Counted from the first letter of the stretch, positions 20,512 through 30,439 are shown. The stretch: 64,000 nt of DNA from Myxococcota bacterium (GCA_036149055.1 JAYZQJ010000137.1:32001-96000); one strand, 5' to 3'. Notes: generated by a model not told the origin, from the letters alone. Made by a program: numbers and translations.

Positions 20512-22947
20512 ATGGGAGAGCTGCCGTTTTCGGGGGAGGGTTTCGCCGGGCGTCCTCCGGCTCCCTGGGCCGCGTCGCGCGGCCTCGGCACCGTGCTGAC
20601 GAGCTGGCGCGCGGACGCCGGGTTGAAGCGCAGCATCGTGCTCGACGAGGAGGTGCCGGCCCGCGACCCGGTCTACGCGCCGGTGCCGGGCGACCTCGCG
20701 CCGCAGGTGGCGGAGGCGCTGCTCAACCGCGGGGTCGGCGAGCTCTACGCGCACCAGGCGAAGGCGTTCGAGCTGGCTCGGGCCGGCAAGCACGTCGTCG
20801 TCGCGACGCCGACCGCGTCGGGCAAGAGCCTCTGCTACAACCTGCCGGTCCTCGATCGGCTCGCCGGCGAGCCCGAGGCGCGCGCGCTCTACCTCTTCCC
20901 GACCAAGGCGCTCAGCCGCGACCAGGAGGAGGCGCTGCGCGCGCTGATGAAGCAGGCGGGCCTCGACCACGGCGCCGTCACCTACGACGGCGACACGCCC
21001 GGGGACGCGCGGCGGGCGGCCCGGGAGCGGAGCGGCATCCTGCTCAGCAACCCCGACATGCTGCACGCGGGCATCCTCCCGCATCACGCCGCGTGGGCGC
21101 GGTTCTTCGCCAACCTCCGCTACGTGGTGCTCGACGAGCTGCACACCTACCGCGGTGTGTTCGGCAGTCACCTCGCCAACGTGCTGCGGCGGCTGCAGCG
21201 CATCGCGCGCTTCCACGGCAGCGAGCCCACCTTCCTCTTCGCCTCGGCGACGATCGGAAACCCGGGCGAGCACGCCAGCCGCATGCTCGGGGAGCCGGTC
21301 GAGGTGATCGACGAGAGCGGGGCGCCGACCGGCCCGCGCCACGTGATGCTCTACAACCCGCCGGTGGTGAACCCGGAGCTCGGCATCCGGGCGAGCTACA
21401 TCAAGCAGGCGGTGCGCCTCGCGGCCGATCTGGTGCGGGCCGAGGTGCCGACCCTGGTGTTCGGCCAGTCGCGCAACAGCGTCGAGACGATGCTCAAGTA
21501 CCTGCGCGACCGCCTCGCGGCCGACAAGATCGATCCCGATCTCATCGTCGCCTACCGCGGCGGCTACCTCGCCGACACCCGGCGGCGCATCGAGAAGGGG
21601 CTGAGGAGCGGCAGCATCCGCTGCGTGGTGGCCACCAACGCGCTCGAGCTCGGCATCGACATCGGGAGCCTCGACGCGGTCGTCTGCGCCGGTTACCCGG
21701 GCAACGTCGCGGGGCTCTGGCAGCGCTTCGGCCGGAGCGGGCGGCGGCAGGGCGCGGCGCTCTCGCTGCTCGTCACCTCCAGCCACCCCATCGACCAGTA
21801 CGTGGCCTCGGATCCGCGCTTCCTCATCGGCGCGCCCATCGAGCACGCCCGGATCGATCCCGACAACGTGGAGATCCTGGTCCAGCACCTCAAGTGCGCG
21901 GCCTTCGAGCTGCCCTTCGAGGAGGGCGAGCCCTTCGGCGACGTGCCCGAGGACGCGGTGCGCGACGCGCTCGGGTTCCTCGAGACCCACCGGGTGGTGC
22001 ACGCGGCGCCGAACGGGGAGGGCAAGACGGTCTGGCACTGGGCGACCGACGCCTACCCGGCGAACCACGTGTCCCTGCGCAGCCTGAGCTGGGACAACTT
22101 CGTCATCATCGACCTCGACACGAACAAGAACTTCGCCGAGATGGACTGGCGCTCGACGCACACCATGTTGCACGAGCAGGCCATCTATCAGCACGACGGC
22201 GAGCAGTACCAGGTCGAGCGCCTCGACTTCGAGAACCACAAGGCCTACGTGCGGCACGTCGAGCCCGACTACTACACGGACGCGATGACCTACACGAAGG
22301 TCACCGTGACCAGCGAGGACGACGGCGCGGTGATGAGGCTCGGGGCGGCGCCGCTCGCGGCCGGCGTCGGCGAGGTCAGCGTCGTCGAGAAGGTCGTCGG
22401 CTACAAGAAGATCAAGTTCCACACCCACGAGAACGTGGGCTACGGCGACGTGCGGCTGCCCGAGATGCAGATGCACACCACGAGCTTCTGGCTGACCGTG
22501 CCCGAGGACCTGGTGCGCGCGCAGCCGGTGAGCCGCGCGCTCGTGCTCGACGCGCTCCGCGGCCTCGGCAACGCGATGCACCTCGTCGCCAGCGTCGGGC
22601 TGATGTGTGACCCGCGCGACATCGGGCACACGCTGGGCGACCGGGGCGACGAGGAGGGGCCGCCCGGATCGAGCGAGGGCGCGCCCGGCTTCGATCCGAC
22701 GCTCTTCCTCTACGACCAGATGCCCGGCGGGGTCGGTCTGGCGCCGCGCCTCTTCTCGGAGCGGGAGACGCTGCTCCGGCGGACGCGCGCGATGGTGGAG
22801 GGCTGCGGCTGCCCCGACGGGTGCCCGGCCTGCATCGGGCCCGACATCGGGGCGGCCGACGGCAAGCCGCTCCCGAGGGGGCGCACGAGCCGCAAGGGCC
22901 TCGCGCTGGATCTCCTGCGGGCGTTCGGGGTCGCGCCGGTGCACTGA
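20512..22947 (+). CDS. mrfA: DEAD/DEAH helicase with DUF1998 Zn-binding C-terminus (MrfA/YprA/Hrq1 family)
   Basis: TPTASGKSL, PTKALSRDQ, DELH, SAT, QRFGRSGR, YDQMPGGVG, CGCPDGCPAC. Confidence 0.9.
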   Translation: MGELPFSGEGFAGRPPAPWAASRGLGTVLTSWRADAGLKRSIVLDEEVPARDPVYAPVPGDLAPQVAEALLNRGVGELYAHQAKAFELARAGKHVVVATPTASGKSLCYNLPVLDRLAGEPEARALYLFPTKALSRDQEEALRALMKQAGLDHGAVTYDGDTPGDARRAARERSGILLSNPDMLHAGILPHHAAWARFFANLRYVVLDELHTYRGVFGSHLANVLRRLQRIARFHGSEPTFLFASATIGNPGEHASRMLGEPVEVIDESGAPTGPRHVMLYNPPVVNPELGIRASYIKQAVRLAADLVRAEVPTLVFGQSRNSVETMLKYLRDRLAADKIDPDLIVAYRGGYLADTRRRIEKGLRSGSIRCVVATNALELGIDIGSLDAVVCAGYPGNVAGLWQRFGRSGRRQGAALSLLVTSSHPIDQYVASDPRFLIGAPIEHARIDPDNVEILVQHLKCAAFELPFEEGEPFGDVPEDAVRDALGFLETHRVVHAAPNGEGKTVWHWATDAYPANHVSLRSLSWDNFVIIDLDTNKNFAEMDWRSTHTMLHEQAIYQHDGEQYQVERLDFENHKAYVRHVEPDYYTDAMTYTKVTVTSEDDGAVMRLGAAPLAAGVGEVSVVEKVVGYKKIKFHTHENVGYGDVRLPEMQMHTTSFWLTVPEDLVRAQPVSRALVLDALRGLGNAMHLVASVGLMCDPRDIGHTLGDRGDEEGPPGSSEGAPGFDPTLFLYDQMPGGVGLAPRLFSERETLLRRTRAMVEGCGCPDGCPACIGPDIGAADGKPLPRGRTSRKGLALDLLRAFGVAPVH

Positions 22948-24380
22948 TGTCGCTGAAGGCCAAGCTCGCTCGCCTGAAGAGCGCCGGACCCGGGAGCCGC
23001 GCCCCGCAGGCGCCGCCGCGCCCGGAGCTCATGGCCCCGAGCGGCGCGCTCGAAGAGCAGGCTCTCGAAGGCCTCGCTCCCGAAGACCTCGCTCCCGAAG
23101 GCCTCGCTCCCGAAGACCGGGAGCGCAAGGCGCGCATCGCCAAGCTCCGCGGGATGCTCGGCCAGATGATCGCCGACGAGAAGCGGCGCCTGCGCGACCG
23201 GCCGGTCGTGGAGCCGCGCGAGTCGGTGCCGCTGCCCGGCGAGACCCTCCAGACGCCCCACGGCGAGGTGCACCGGGTGGCGAGCTGGCTCGAGCCCGAC
23301 CACCAGCACGGCCGGGTGCCGATCGCCGGCGCCCTCCGGATCGCGCCGCAGACGGTGGCCAAGCTCGCGCTCGACGAGGGGCTCGGCGGCATCGACCCGA
23401 AGCGGCTCGTCTTCCTCGACACCGAGACCACCGGGCTCGCCGGCGGCACCGGCACCTTGCCCTTCCTCATCGGCGTGGCGTGGTTCGAGGACGAGTCGCT
23501 TCGCATCGAGCAGCTCCTCTTGCGCGCGCCGGGCGAGGAGACGCCGATGCTCCGCCGCCTCGCCGAGCACCTCGAGGGGGCGAGCGCGATCGTCAGCTAC
23601 AACGGCAAGAGCTACGACTGGCCGCTGCTGCGCACCCGCTTCGTGCTCAACCGGGTGCCGGTCGCGCAGCCGGCCGCGCACCTCGATCTGCTCCACTGCG
23701 CGCGGCGGGTGTTCAAGCGCCGCCTCGGGCAGGTGCGGCTGGTGCACATGGAGGAGCACGTGCTCGGCATGCGCCGCGAAGGCGACATCGACGGCGCCGA
23801 GATCCCGGAGCGCTTCTGGAGCTTCGTGCGGGACGCCGACGGCTCGCGGCTCGCGCCGGTGATCGAGCACAACGCGAACGACATCGTGGCCCTCTGCGCG
23901 ATCCTCGTGAACCTCGTCGAGCGCTACGAGGAGGTGCGGCCCGAGCACGACCCGGAGGACCGCCTCGGGGTCGCGCAGGTCGCGGTGCGGGCGGCCGATC
24001 CGGATCGCGCGATGCGGTGGGCGGAGAGCGCGGCCGAGGCCGGTGGCCCGGACGACGTCACCGCCGACGCGCTGTGGCTGGCGGCCGAGCTGTGTCGCAA
24101 GCGCGGCGACGACGAGGGCCGCCGGGCGCTCCTCCACCGCGCGCTCGCCTCCGCGGGGGGCGACGCGCGTCGCACGGCTCGTTACCACCTCGCGCTGGCG
24201 AAGCTCTACGAGCACCGGCTCCGCGACTTCGAGCGGGCCCTCGTGCATGCGCGCGCCACCGAGGCGGAGGAGGGCGAGGAGGCGCGCGGACGGCGGGTGG
24301 CGCGGGTGCTCCGCAAGCTGGAGAAGGCGCGGCGGCAGCTGCAGATGGCGGCGGACGCGGCGCCGCCGCCGGGCGAATGA
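22947..24380 (+). CDS. mrfB: RNase H-like (DEDD) exonuclease with TPR C-terminus (MrfB/YprB family)
   Basis: FLDTETTGL, SYNGKSYD, HLDLLH, HNANDI, LAKLYEHRLRD; TGATG coupling to the helicase. Confidence 0.87.
   Translation: MSLKAKLARLKSAGPGSRAPQAPPRPELMAPSGALEEQALEGLAPEDLAPEGLAPEDRERKARIAKLRGMLGQMIADEKRRLRDRPVVEPRESVPLPGETLQTPHGEVHRVASWLEPDHQHGRVPIAGALRIAPQTVAKLALDEGLGGIDPKRLVFLDTETTGLAGGTGTLPFLIGVAWFEDESLRIEQLLLRAPGEETPMLRRLAEHLEGASAIVSYNGKSYDWPLLRTRFVLNRVPVAQPAAHLDLLHCARRVFKRRLGQVRLVHMEEHVLGMRREGDIDGAEIPERFWSFVRDADGSRLAPVIEHNANDIVALCAILVNLVERYEEVRPEHDPEDRLGVAQVAVRAADPDRAMRWAESAAEAGGPDDVTADALWLAAELCRKRGDDEGRRALLHRALASAGGDARRTARYHLALAKLYEHRLRDFERALVHARATEAEEGEEARGRRVARVLRKLEKARRQLQMAADAAPPPGE
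23061..23118 (+). repeat. 15-bp tandem repeat (about 3.5 copies) encoding EGLAP/EDLAP
   Basis: CGAAG(G/A)CCTCGCTCC repeated in the exonuclease N-terminus. Confidence 0.8.
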
Positions 24381-25459
24381 GGCCGGCGACCGTCGCGCTC
24401 GCGCTCCTGCTCGGCGCGTGCGGGGCCCGCACCGGCGTCGACGTCGAGGCCCGCGACGCCCCCGACAGCGGCTTCTTCCGGACCTTCCCCTGCCGCTGGT
24501 CTCTCGGCGTGCCGATCGAGGTCGCGCGCGCGCCCGGCTTCTCGGAGCTCGGCGGCGCCGTCCACGCCACCTCCGACCTCGTGGTGGTGAGCGCGCGCGC
24601 CACCGGCGCCGGTCCCGTCGCGGCCCTCGTGACGCTGCGGGCGTCACCCGAGCTCCGCGTCACCCTCGAGGGCGCCGACGCGGCGGGGCCCTGGCTCACC
24701 GGGCGGGCGGGCTTCCTCCAGCAGCTCGGCGGGCAGTGCGTCGTGCGACTCCACGACGTTGCCCTCGCGCCGGGCGAGCTCTTCGACTGGACCGGGGAGA
24801 TGGCGAGCTGCGCGCTCACCCAGTCCGAGCTCGGGCGGGTCGAGAGCGTGTCCGTGCGGGACTTCGCGAGCGGCGGCGTGGCCACGGTCGCGCCCGAGGA
24901 GGGCGAGGTCCGGCGCCTCGGCCTCGTCGGCCCCGAGCCGGAGCGCGCGGAGGCCTACCTCGATCCCGAAGGCGACGGCGCGCTCGTGATCGTGCGGCGC
25001 TCCGCCTCCACGGAGATCGTGGCCGTCCGGCCGGGGGAGGGCGCGACCGAGGTGGAGGCGGGCGTCGACGCGACGTTCTCGAGCGCGCCCGAGCGGCTCC
25101 GCGGCGGCGTCCTGGTGCTCTCGCGCGCGGGCGACGCGCCGCCCCGGCTGCGCCGCTTCTCGTTCTCGGGCGAGCCGCCGGCGCCGGTGGTCGCGCTCTC
25201 GGGCCTCCGCGCCCCGCCGGTCGGCGCGCTCCGCAGCAACGAGACCGAGGCGCTCCTGCCGCTCGCCGACGGATCGATGGCCTACGTGCCGCTCGCGTCG
25301 AGCGAGCTGCGGTACGTCGGGCCGGTGGCGGAGGGGCCGGTCGAGGCGATGGAGATCGTGCTCCGGCCGGGCGGCAGCGCCGGAGGGCTGCTCTACGTGC
25401 ACTCCCTCTCGCCCACCGAGCGCGCGCTCACGTTCCGCCCGCTGGTGTGCAACCGCTGA
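24377..25459 (+). CDS. Hypothetical lipoprotein (beta-rich)
   Basis: MRPATVALALLLGAC lipobox; ATGA overlap with the exonuclease. Confidence 0.7.
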   Translation: MRPATVALALLLGACGARTGVDVEARDAPDSGFFRTFPCRWSLGVPIEVARAPGFSELGGAVHATSDLVVVSARATGAGPVAALVTLRASPELRVTLEGADAAGPWLTGRAGFLQQLGGQCVVRLHDVALAPGELFDWTGEMASCALTQSELGRVESVSVRDFASGGVATVAPEEGEVRRLGLVGPEPERAEAYLDPEGDGALVIVRRSASTEIVAVRPGEGATEVEAGVDATFSSAPERLRGGVLVLSRAGDAPPRLRRFSFSGEPPAPVVALSGLRAPPVGALRSNETEALLPLADGSMAYVPLASSELRYVGPVAEGPVEAMEIVLRPGGSAGGLLYVHSLSPTERALTFRPLVCNR

Positions 25460-25955
25460 TCGCCCGGAGCAGCCGCAGCTGGGCGCCGGTCTCGGGCGAG
25501 GGGTGCGCGCCGTGGAGGAGGCCCGCGCGACGGCGCCGGAGCTCGGCCAGCGCCGCGTCGACGCCGCGCACCACGCCGTGACGCATCCACCACGCCGCGA
25601 CCACGGTGCCGGTCCGGCCGCGGCCCCCCTGGCAGTGCACGTAGACGATCCGGCCGCGCGCGCGGGCCGCGTCGACGGCGTCGAGGATCGCCTCGAGCGC
25701 GGCGCGAGAGGGCGCGGCCCCGTCGAGGATCGGCACGCCGATCCACACCGCCTCGTCCGAGAGCTTGTCCAGCATCGACCGGATGGAGGGAGGCTCGGCC
25801 GGGGTGCGGAGATCGATCACCGTGCGCACGCCTGCGTCGAGCAGGGCCCGCACCGCCGCGCGCAGGGCGGGTCTATCGGCGCCCGCGGGGAGCGGGCCGG
25901 CGAGCAGGTCGTCCGCCGCCCAGTAGCTGTCCGGGATCGGCCCGGCGAAGCTCAC
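25428..25955 (-). CDS. Protein-tyrosine / dual-specificity phosphatase
   Basis: VYVHCQGGRGRTG (CX5R), PILDGAAP, SPETGAQ. Confidence 0.9.
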   Translation of the reverse strand: MSFAGPIPDSYWAADDLLAGPLPAGADRPALRAAVRALLDAGVRTVIDLRTPAEPPSIRSMLDKLSDEAVWIGVPILDGAAPSRAALEAILDAVDAARARGRIVYVHCQGGRGRTGTVVAAWWMRHGVVRGVDAALAELRRRRAGLLHGAHPSPETGAQLRLLRAISGCTPAGGT

Positions 25956-26587
25956 GCGGTCGCCCCCCGGATGAGGTTCGCGCACGCCTCGTCGAGCAGT
26001 CCGTCCAGCTCGTAGCGGAGCCCCCCGCCCATCGCCTCCATGCCGGCGTAGACGTTGACGATGCCGTGCACGGTCATCAGGGCCACGTTGGCGAGCCGCC
26101 GGGGCTCGACGTCCGGGCGCAGCCGCCCCGCCTCCAGGTCGACCCGGAGCCGCGCCTCGAGCTCACCCATCAGCGCCCAGCTGAGCGGGTAGACCTCGCG
26201 CGCCATGAGATCCGGCGGCGCGTCGCCCGAGAGCGCCCAGATCTGGAGCGCGCGGAAGCCCGCGTAGTCGCTCCGGTGATGGCGCACGTAGGCGCGCATG
26301 AGCGCCTCGAGCGCGGCCAGCCCTCCGTCCGCCGCCCGCACCGCCTCCAGCATCGCCTCGGTCTCGGCGACGAAGTGGTCCACCAGGAGGCCCGCCAGCA
26401 GGGACTCGCGGGAGTCGAAGTAGTAGTAGACCGCGGGCTTGCTGAGGTCGGCCCGCTCCGCCACCGCCGCCACGGTCAGCCCGGGCAGACCGCGCTCGAC
26501 CAGCACCTCCTCCGCGGCGCGCAGGATCAGCGCCCGCTTCTTGGCCTGTCGCCGATCCCGGCGCGCGATGCGCTCCTCTTCGCCCAT
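25952..26587 (-). CDS. TetR/AcrR family regulator
   Basis: ILRAAEEVLVERG..LTVAAVAERADLSKPAVYYYFDSRESL. Confidence 0.93.
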   Translation of the reverse strand: MGEEERIARRDRRQAKKRALILRAAEEVLVERGLPGLTVAAVAERADLSKPAVYYYFDSRESLLAGLLVDHFVAETEAMLEAVRAADGGLAALEALMRAYVRHHRSDYAGFRALQIWALSGDAPPDLMAREVYPLSWALMGELEARLRVDLEAGRLRPDVEPRRLANVALMTVHGIVNVYAGMEAMGGGLRYELDGLLDEACANLIRGATA

Positions 26588-26600
26588 CGGCGGCGCGCGC

Positions 26601-27269
26601 TCACAGCCACGCGGTCGCGTGCGCGATCGCGTCCTTGGCGTCCGACTCGATGAGGTCGCCGTGACAGACGGTGGCCCGCTCGAAGTCCCACTCCAGCATG
26701 CGGTCGCGGCTCGCCTTCACCGCCGCGCGGTCCTTCGACACGAAGCGGAGCAGCCGCGACTGCTTGGGGCCGCCCATCGCCCCGGCCATCGAGAGCACCG
26801 CGCGGGTCCACCAGCCGCCGCGCTCGTTGAAGTTGAAGAGGAAGTCGGTGAGCACGAGGGTGCGGCTGGGCGCGTGGTAGAGGACCGTCTCGTTGACGGA
26901 GGGCTGGCCGCCCACCGTGTGCGTCTCGAGCACGCCGGACCACGCGGCCGGCGTCGCGTCGGGCATCGCGCCCGTCACCTCGAGCTTCTTCTGCTTCTTC
27001 TCCACCCCGGGGGCCACGAGCACGTCGGCGTCCGGCCAGCGCGCCTTGGCGCGGCCCGCGAAGAGGTGATGGAAGGTGTTCGGGGCGACGATCCAGCGCA
27101 CGCGGCCGAGCCCGTCGAGCTCCTCCGCCAGCGCGTCGTCGATGCGAACCGGCGAGTGCAACACCAGCTCGTCTCCCACCCGGATCACCGTCATGCGCGT
27201 CCCGAACTCCGCCCTGCCGAGGGTCAGGGGCTGCGCTTCGGTCCAGATCTCTTCGCCGATCGACTCCAT
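26601..27269 (-). CDS. DUF4336 family protein (MBL-like fold)
   Basis: TRMTVIR, VLHSPV, IVAPNTFHHLF, YHAPSRTLVLTD, WDFERATVCHG; SD AGGAGG. Confidence 0.85.
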   Translation of the reverse strand: MESIGEEIWTEAQPLTLGRAEFGTRMTVIRVGDELVLHSPVRIDDALAEELDGLGRVRWIVAPNTFHHLFAGRAKARWPDADVLVAPGVEKKQKKLEVTGAMPDATPAAWSGVLETHTVGGQPSVNETVLYHAPSRTLVLTDFLFNFNERGGWWTRAVLSMAGAMGGPKQSRLLRFVSKDRAAVKASRDRMLEWDFERATVCHGDLIESDAKDAIAHATAWL

Positions 27270-27288
27270 GTTCGCCTCCTCGCCCTGG

Positions 27289-27309
27289 TTTCTGACTCCG
27301 AGTCGAAAA
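27289..27309. promoter_or_regulatory. Imperfect palindrome, candidate TetR operator
   Basis: TTTCTGACTC-C-GAGTCGAAAA between a minus-strand TTGACG (-35-like) and the DUF4336 SD. Confidence 0.4.
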
Positions 27310-27360
27310 ACCGTCAAGGGGTCGAGGTGACGAATTCGGGCCCCGACCTACATTGGCGCC

Positions 27361-27750
27361 GTGAGCTGGGACCCCGCGTGGAAGTCGCTGGTGCGGCAGC
27401 TGGTCGACGAGGGCCACCAGAGCCCCTACCTGGAGCGGCTGCGCGAGCGCTACGACGTGCAGCTGCCCGGCGAGACGATCGAGCGCGAGCTGCTGCGCGA
27501 GATGTCGTCGGCGCTCGGGCGCGCCGAGGACAAGGTGAACCTGCGGCTGCTGGAGCTCGAGCTGCTGGGTCGCCGCTGCGACGAGCGCGGCGACCGCGAG
27601 AGCGCGCTCGCCTTCAACGCCAAGCGGGACGAGGCCCGGCGGGCCAAGCGCGATCTCCTCATCCACCGGGACGCGCTGCGTTTCCGGCGCGATCCGTCCT
27701 TCGACGGGCGCTACCCCATCCCGCCCGCGCGCGACGTGCCCGAGAGCTAG
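27361..27750 (+). CDS. Hypothetical helical protein (129 aa)
   Basis: Host-like codon pattern; TACATT 6 nt before GTG. Confidence 0.7.
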   Translation: MSWDPAWKSLVRQLVDEGHQSPYLERLRERYDVQLPGETIERELLREMSSALGRAEDKVNLRLLELELLGRRCDERGDRESALAFNAKRDEARRAKRDLLIHRDALRFRRDPSFDGRYPIPPARDVPES

Positions 27751-27772
27751 GCTCGTCGGCTATGATCGCGGG

Positions 27773-29065
27773 GTGGCGCGTGTCCTCGTCTTCGCCTTGT
27801 GCTTCGCCGCCGGCTGCAACTGCACGCCGGGGCGCACCGGGCGGCTGCTCCCCGATGGCGCGCTCGAGCGCCCGCCGGACAGCGGCGTCCGCCCCCGCGA
27901 CGGGGCGGTCGACATGGACGCGGACGTCGGCGCGGACGGCGCGGTGGATCCCGACGGCTCGGTCCCGCGCGACGGGGACACGCCGCTGCCCGACGCCGGG
28001 CCGCCGCGCTTCGAGCTCGACTGCGACGACGGCGTCGACCAGGACCGGGACGGCCGCACCGACTGCGAGGACGAGGACTGCGAGGGCGCGCCCTGCGACG
28101 CGAGCGGGACGCTCTTCTGCGAGGAGCGGATGTGCGGTGGCTGCACCGAGACGAGCGAGACCTCCTGCGGTGACGGCATCGACGAGGACTGCGACGGGAT
28201 GCGCGACTGCGCCGACCCCGAATGCGACGGCGTGGTCTGCGGGCTGGGCGACGTGGTCTGCGGCGGCGGCACCTGCCCGTGCCCGAGCGGGTTCGAGGAG
28301 CGCATGTGCGGAGATGGGACCGACGACGACTGCGACGGGCTCGTGGACTGCGACGACCCGGACTGCATGGGCCGGGCGTGCGGCGCGATGGGCGTGATCT
28401 GCCTGCCGGACGGGTCGTGCGGGTGCGGCGGCTCGGTCGAGCTCTGCCAGGGCATCGACGACGACTGCAGCGGCGAGGTCGACGAGGGCTGCCCGGTCGG
28501 GGTGGGCCAGTGCTGCTCGGCCCGCGCGGGGAGCTTCGGCGGCCCCCTCGGCACCTCCTGGCTCGACGCGTGCCCGACCGGCGCCGCGCTCATCGGCGTC
28601 GCCGGCCGCGAAGGGCCGCAGCTGGAGCAGCTCCAGCCCATCTGCGCGGCGCTGGTGTTCGAGCAGGACGTCACGACCTCGCCCGAGCACACGTTCCGCG
28701 TCCGCCGCGGCGCCCCGATCCTCGGCGCGCAGCACGGCGCCTCGGGCCCGACGACCTTCGACGACCGCTGCCCGGGCGACGAGGTCGCCATCGGCCTCGG
28801 CGGCGCCGCCGACGAGGACTTCGTGGACGCGATCTCGCTGCAGTGCGCGCGCGTCACCATCGGGCGCAACCGCGGCTTCGACTGGCGGATCAGCGTCACC
28901 CCCACCGGTAACACGCCGACCCGGGGCGCGGGCGGCGGCGGGAGCTCGAGCGTGTCCGCCAGCTGCGCCGCCGGCTCGGTCATCGTGGCCTTCGATGGCC
29001 GCGAGTCCACCCGGGTGAACTTCCTCGGCGCCACCTGTCAGCGACTGCAGCTCTCTTTGCGGTGA
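27773..29065 (+). CDS. Secreted lipoprotein with Cys/Asp-rich (MopE-like) repeats and a C-terminal beta-prism/jacalin-like domain
   Basis: FAAGC lipobox; CxDGxDxDxDGxxDCxDxxC x3 plus CQGIDDDCSGEVDEGC; three G(G/A)xG..C..G...G...C units at the C-terminus. Confidence 0.75.
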   Translation: MARVLVFALCFAAGCNCTPGRTGRLLPDGALERPPDSGVRPRDGAVDMDADVGADGAVDPDGSVPRDGDTPLPDAGPPRFELDCDDGVDQDRDGRTDCEDEDCEGAPCDASGTLFCEERMCGGCTETSETSCGDGIDEDCDGMRDCADPECDGVVCGLGDVVCGGGTCPCPSGFEERMCGDGTDDDCDGLVDCDDPDCMGRACGAMGVICLPDGSCGCGGSVELCQGIDDDCSGEVDEGCPVGVGQCCSARAGSFGGPLGTSWLDACPTGAALIGVAGREGPQLEQLQPICAALVFEQDVTTSPEHTFRVRRGAPILGAQHGASGPTTFDDRCPGDEVAIGLGGAADEDFVDAISLQCARVTIGRNRGFDWRISVTPTGNTPTRGAGGGGSSSVSASCAAGSVIVAFDGRESTRVNFLGATCQRLQLSLR

Positions 29066-29109
29066 CTTCGGGGCTTCCGACTTGGTCGCGCGAAGGCTCG
29101 AAGCCGCCG

Positions 29110-29542
29110 GGCGGCTGATGCGGCCTGCTTTGGGGGGAATTTACTCTCGCAAAGGCGCAAAGCCGCAAAGAAGGTGGGGGGCCGCGGGGTGGAGGGACGC
29201 CGGGTCGTGGCGGTCGCTGGGCTCGTTGGCTGCGGCTCGTGTTGGGGGAAATTTAATCTCGCAAAGACGCAAAGGGGGGTGGGGCCGCGGGGTGGAGGGG
29301 CGCCGGGTCGTGGCGGTCGTTGGCCGGCGGTCGGAGAGTGGCGCGTCGCTCTCGGGGCTCACGCAGAGGTGCCAGAGGGGGCGTCGGGGGACGCTGTCGC
29401 GGGGCGCGGCGCGCGGGCGGCGTCTCCGCGCGGCGGTGGGGGATCCGGCCGCGAGCCTCCATCCCGTCGCCGTGCTCCTCTTGGCGGCCTGGCGGCTTTC
29501 GAGAGCCAGCTCCCTGCCTCCGTGCGCAGTTGTTTGTGTGAA
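29110..29542. repeat. Modular REP/MITE-like repeat cluster, left (modules A-A-B-C)
   Basis: TCTCGCAAAG at 29145 and 29257; inverted counterpart CTTGGCGGCCTGGCGGCTTTCGAGA ending 29504; near-identical to 30440-30758. Confidence 0.85.
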
Positions 29543-29593
29543 TCGGCGGAGGTTGCGTGTCGCGTCACTGGGACTCGGCGGCGAGCAGCTGCG

Positions 29594-30334
29594 CTACTTG
29601 TGCCAGACACATCGCGCTACGAGGCGCCGTGGGAGCTGGCTTCTCGAGTCACCCTCGTCCGCGACGAACAGGTGGAACAGATGGTCTCCGAAAGGCCAGG
29701 TTCCACGAATCAGCACATCCGGCTGACCCGCGGGCATCGCCAGCTGAGCCAAGTGCAGCATTCCCTCCGCCTCCATGAGGTCGGCTATCTGCAACACGAG
29801 ACGGTCGTCTGCGTGAAACTCCAGGTATGGAACGCCACCGATCTTGTGGCGAGAACATGGCTCGGCGGGATGGTCGGCATCACGATCAGGAACCCAGCCG
29901 GCAGAGAAACCGAGCGAGTACTCCGGGATGACCTGAAGCCCCGTTGCCGCGTGTCTCGCCGCATCGCCGCCTAGACCACGAGAGGGCTCGTGGAGCCAGA
30001 CCTCGAGCGCCTCGCCGCCGTAGATCTTGCCGAAGTCTTCCCCGTAGATGAACTCGGGCGTCGTGTTCAGATAGACCGAAACCTCGAGAGCGTCGCCCTT
30101 CGACGAGAGTGGTACCGAGCACAGATGTGGGAGGCCCACCCGCTGTCCGCCGAGCGGAGGCCCGGCTCCGCCGAGACGGCCCTCACAGTCGGCCGTGAGG
30201 TGTCGGACGACGAAAGGGAGACACTGAAACGGATTCGGAACGAGCTCAGCAGTCGCATCGTCGAGCACAGAGTCTCGAAGCTTCGATGCGACGGCGGATC
30301 GTTGAGCCTCCAAGGCTCCATGGTCGGGCCTCAA
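29594..30334 (-). CDS. Orphan protein, possibly DUF1963/YwqG-like; start uncertain
   Basis: Paired RLGGAGP / HKIGGVPY motifs, LHLAQL, WPFGD; visibly more A/T than neighbouring genes. Confidence 0.55.
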   Translation of the reverse strand: MRPDHGALEAQRSAVASKLRDSVLDDATAELVPNPFQCLPFVVRHLTADCEGRLGGAGPPLGGQRVGLPHLCSVPLSSKGDALEVSVYLNTTPEFIYGEDFGKIYGGEALEVWLHEPSRGLGGDAARHAATGLQVIPEYSLGFSAGWVPDRDADHPAEPCSRHKIGGVPYLEFHADDRLVLQIADLMEAEGMLHLAQLAMPAGQPDVLIRGTWPFGDHLFHLFVADEGDSRSQLPRRLVARCVWHK

Positions 30335-30439
30335 TCTGACCTCATGATGCGTCTTCTACCAGGCTGCCGACGCGAGGCCAATCGAAGGAAGGCTCTGCCC
30401 ACGACGCAGAAGCAGGCTGTAGGGACGGGCCTGTGCGGG

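Noticed and set aside
20512..22947. DUF1998 helicase as a DISARM/Druantia defence gene
   Set aside because: Its partner is a YprB/MrfB-type exonuclease; no methylase or other drm/dru genes are nearby
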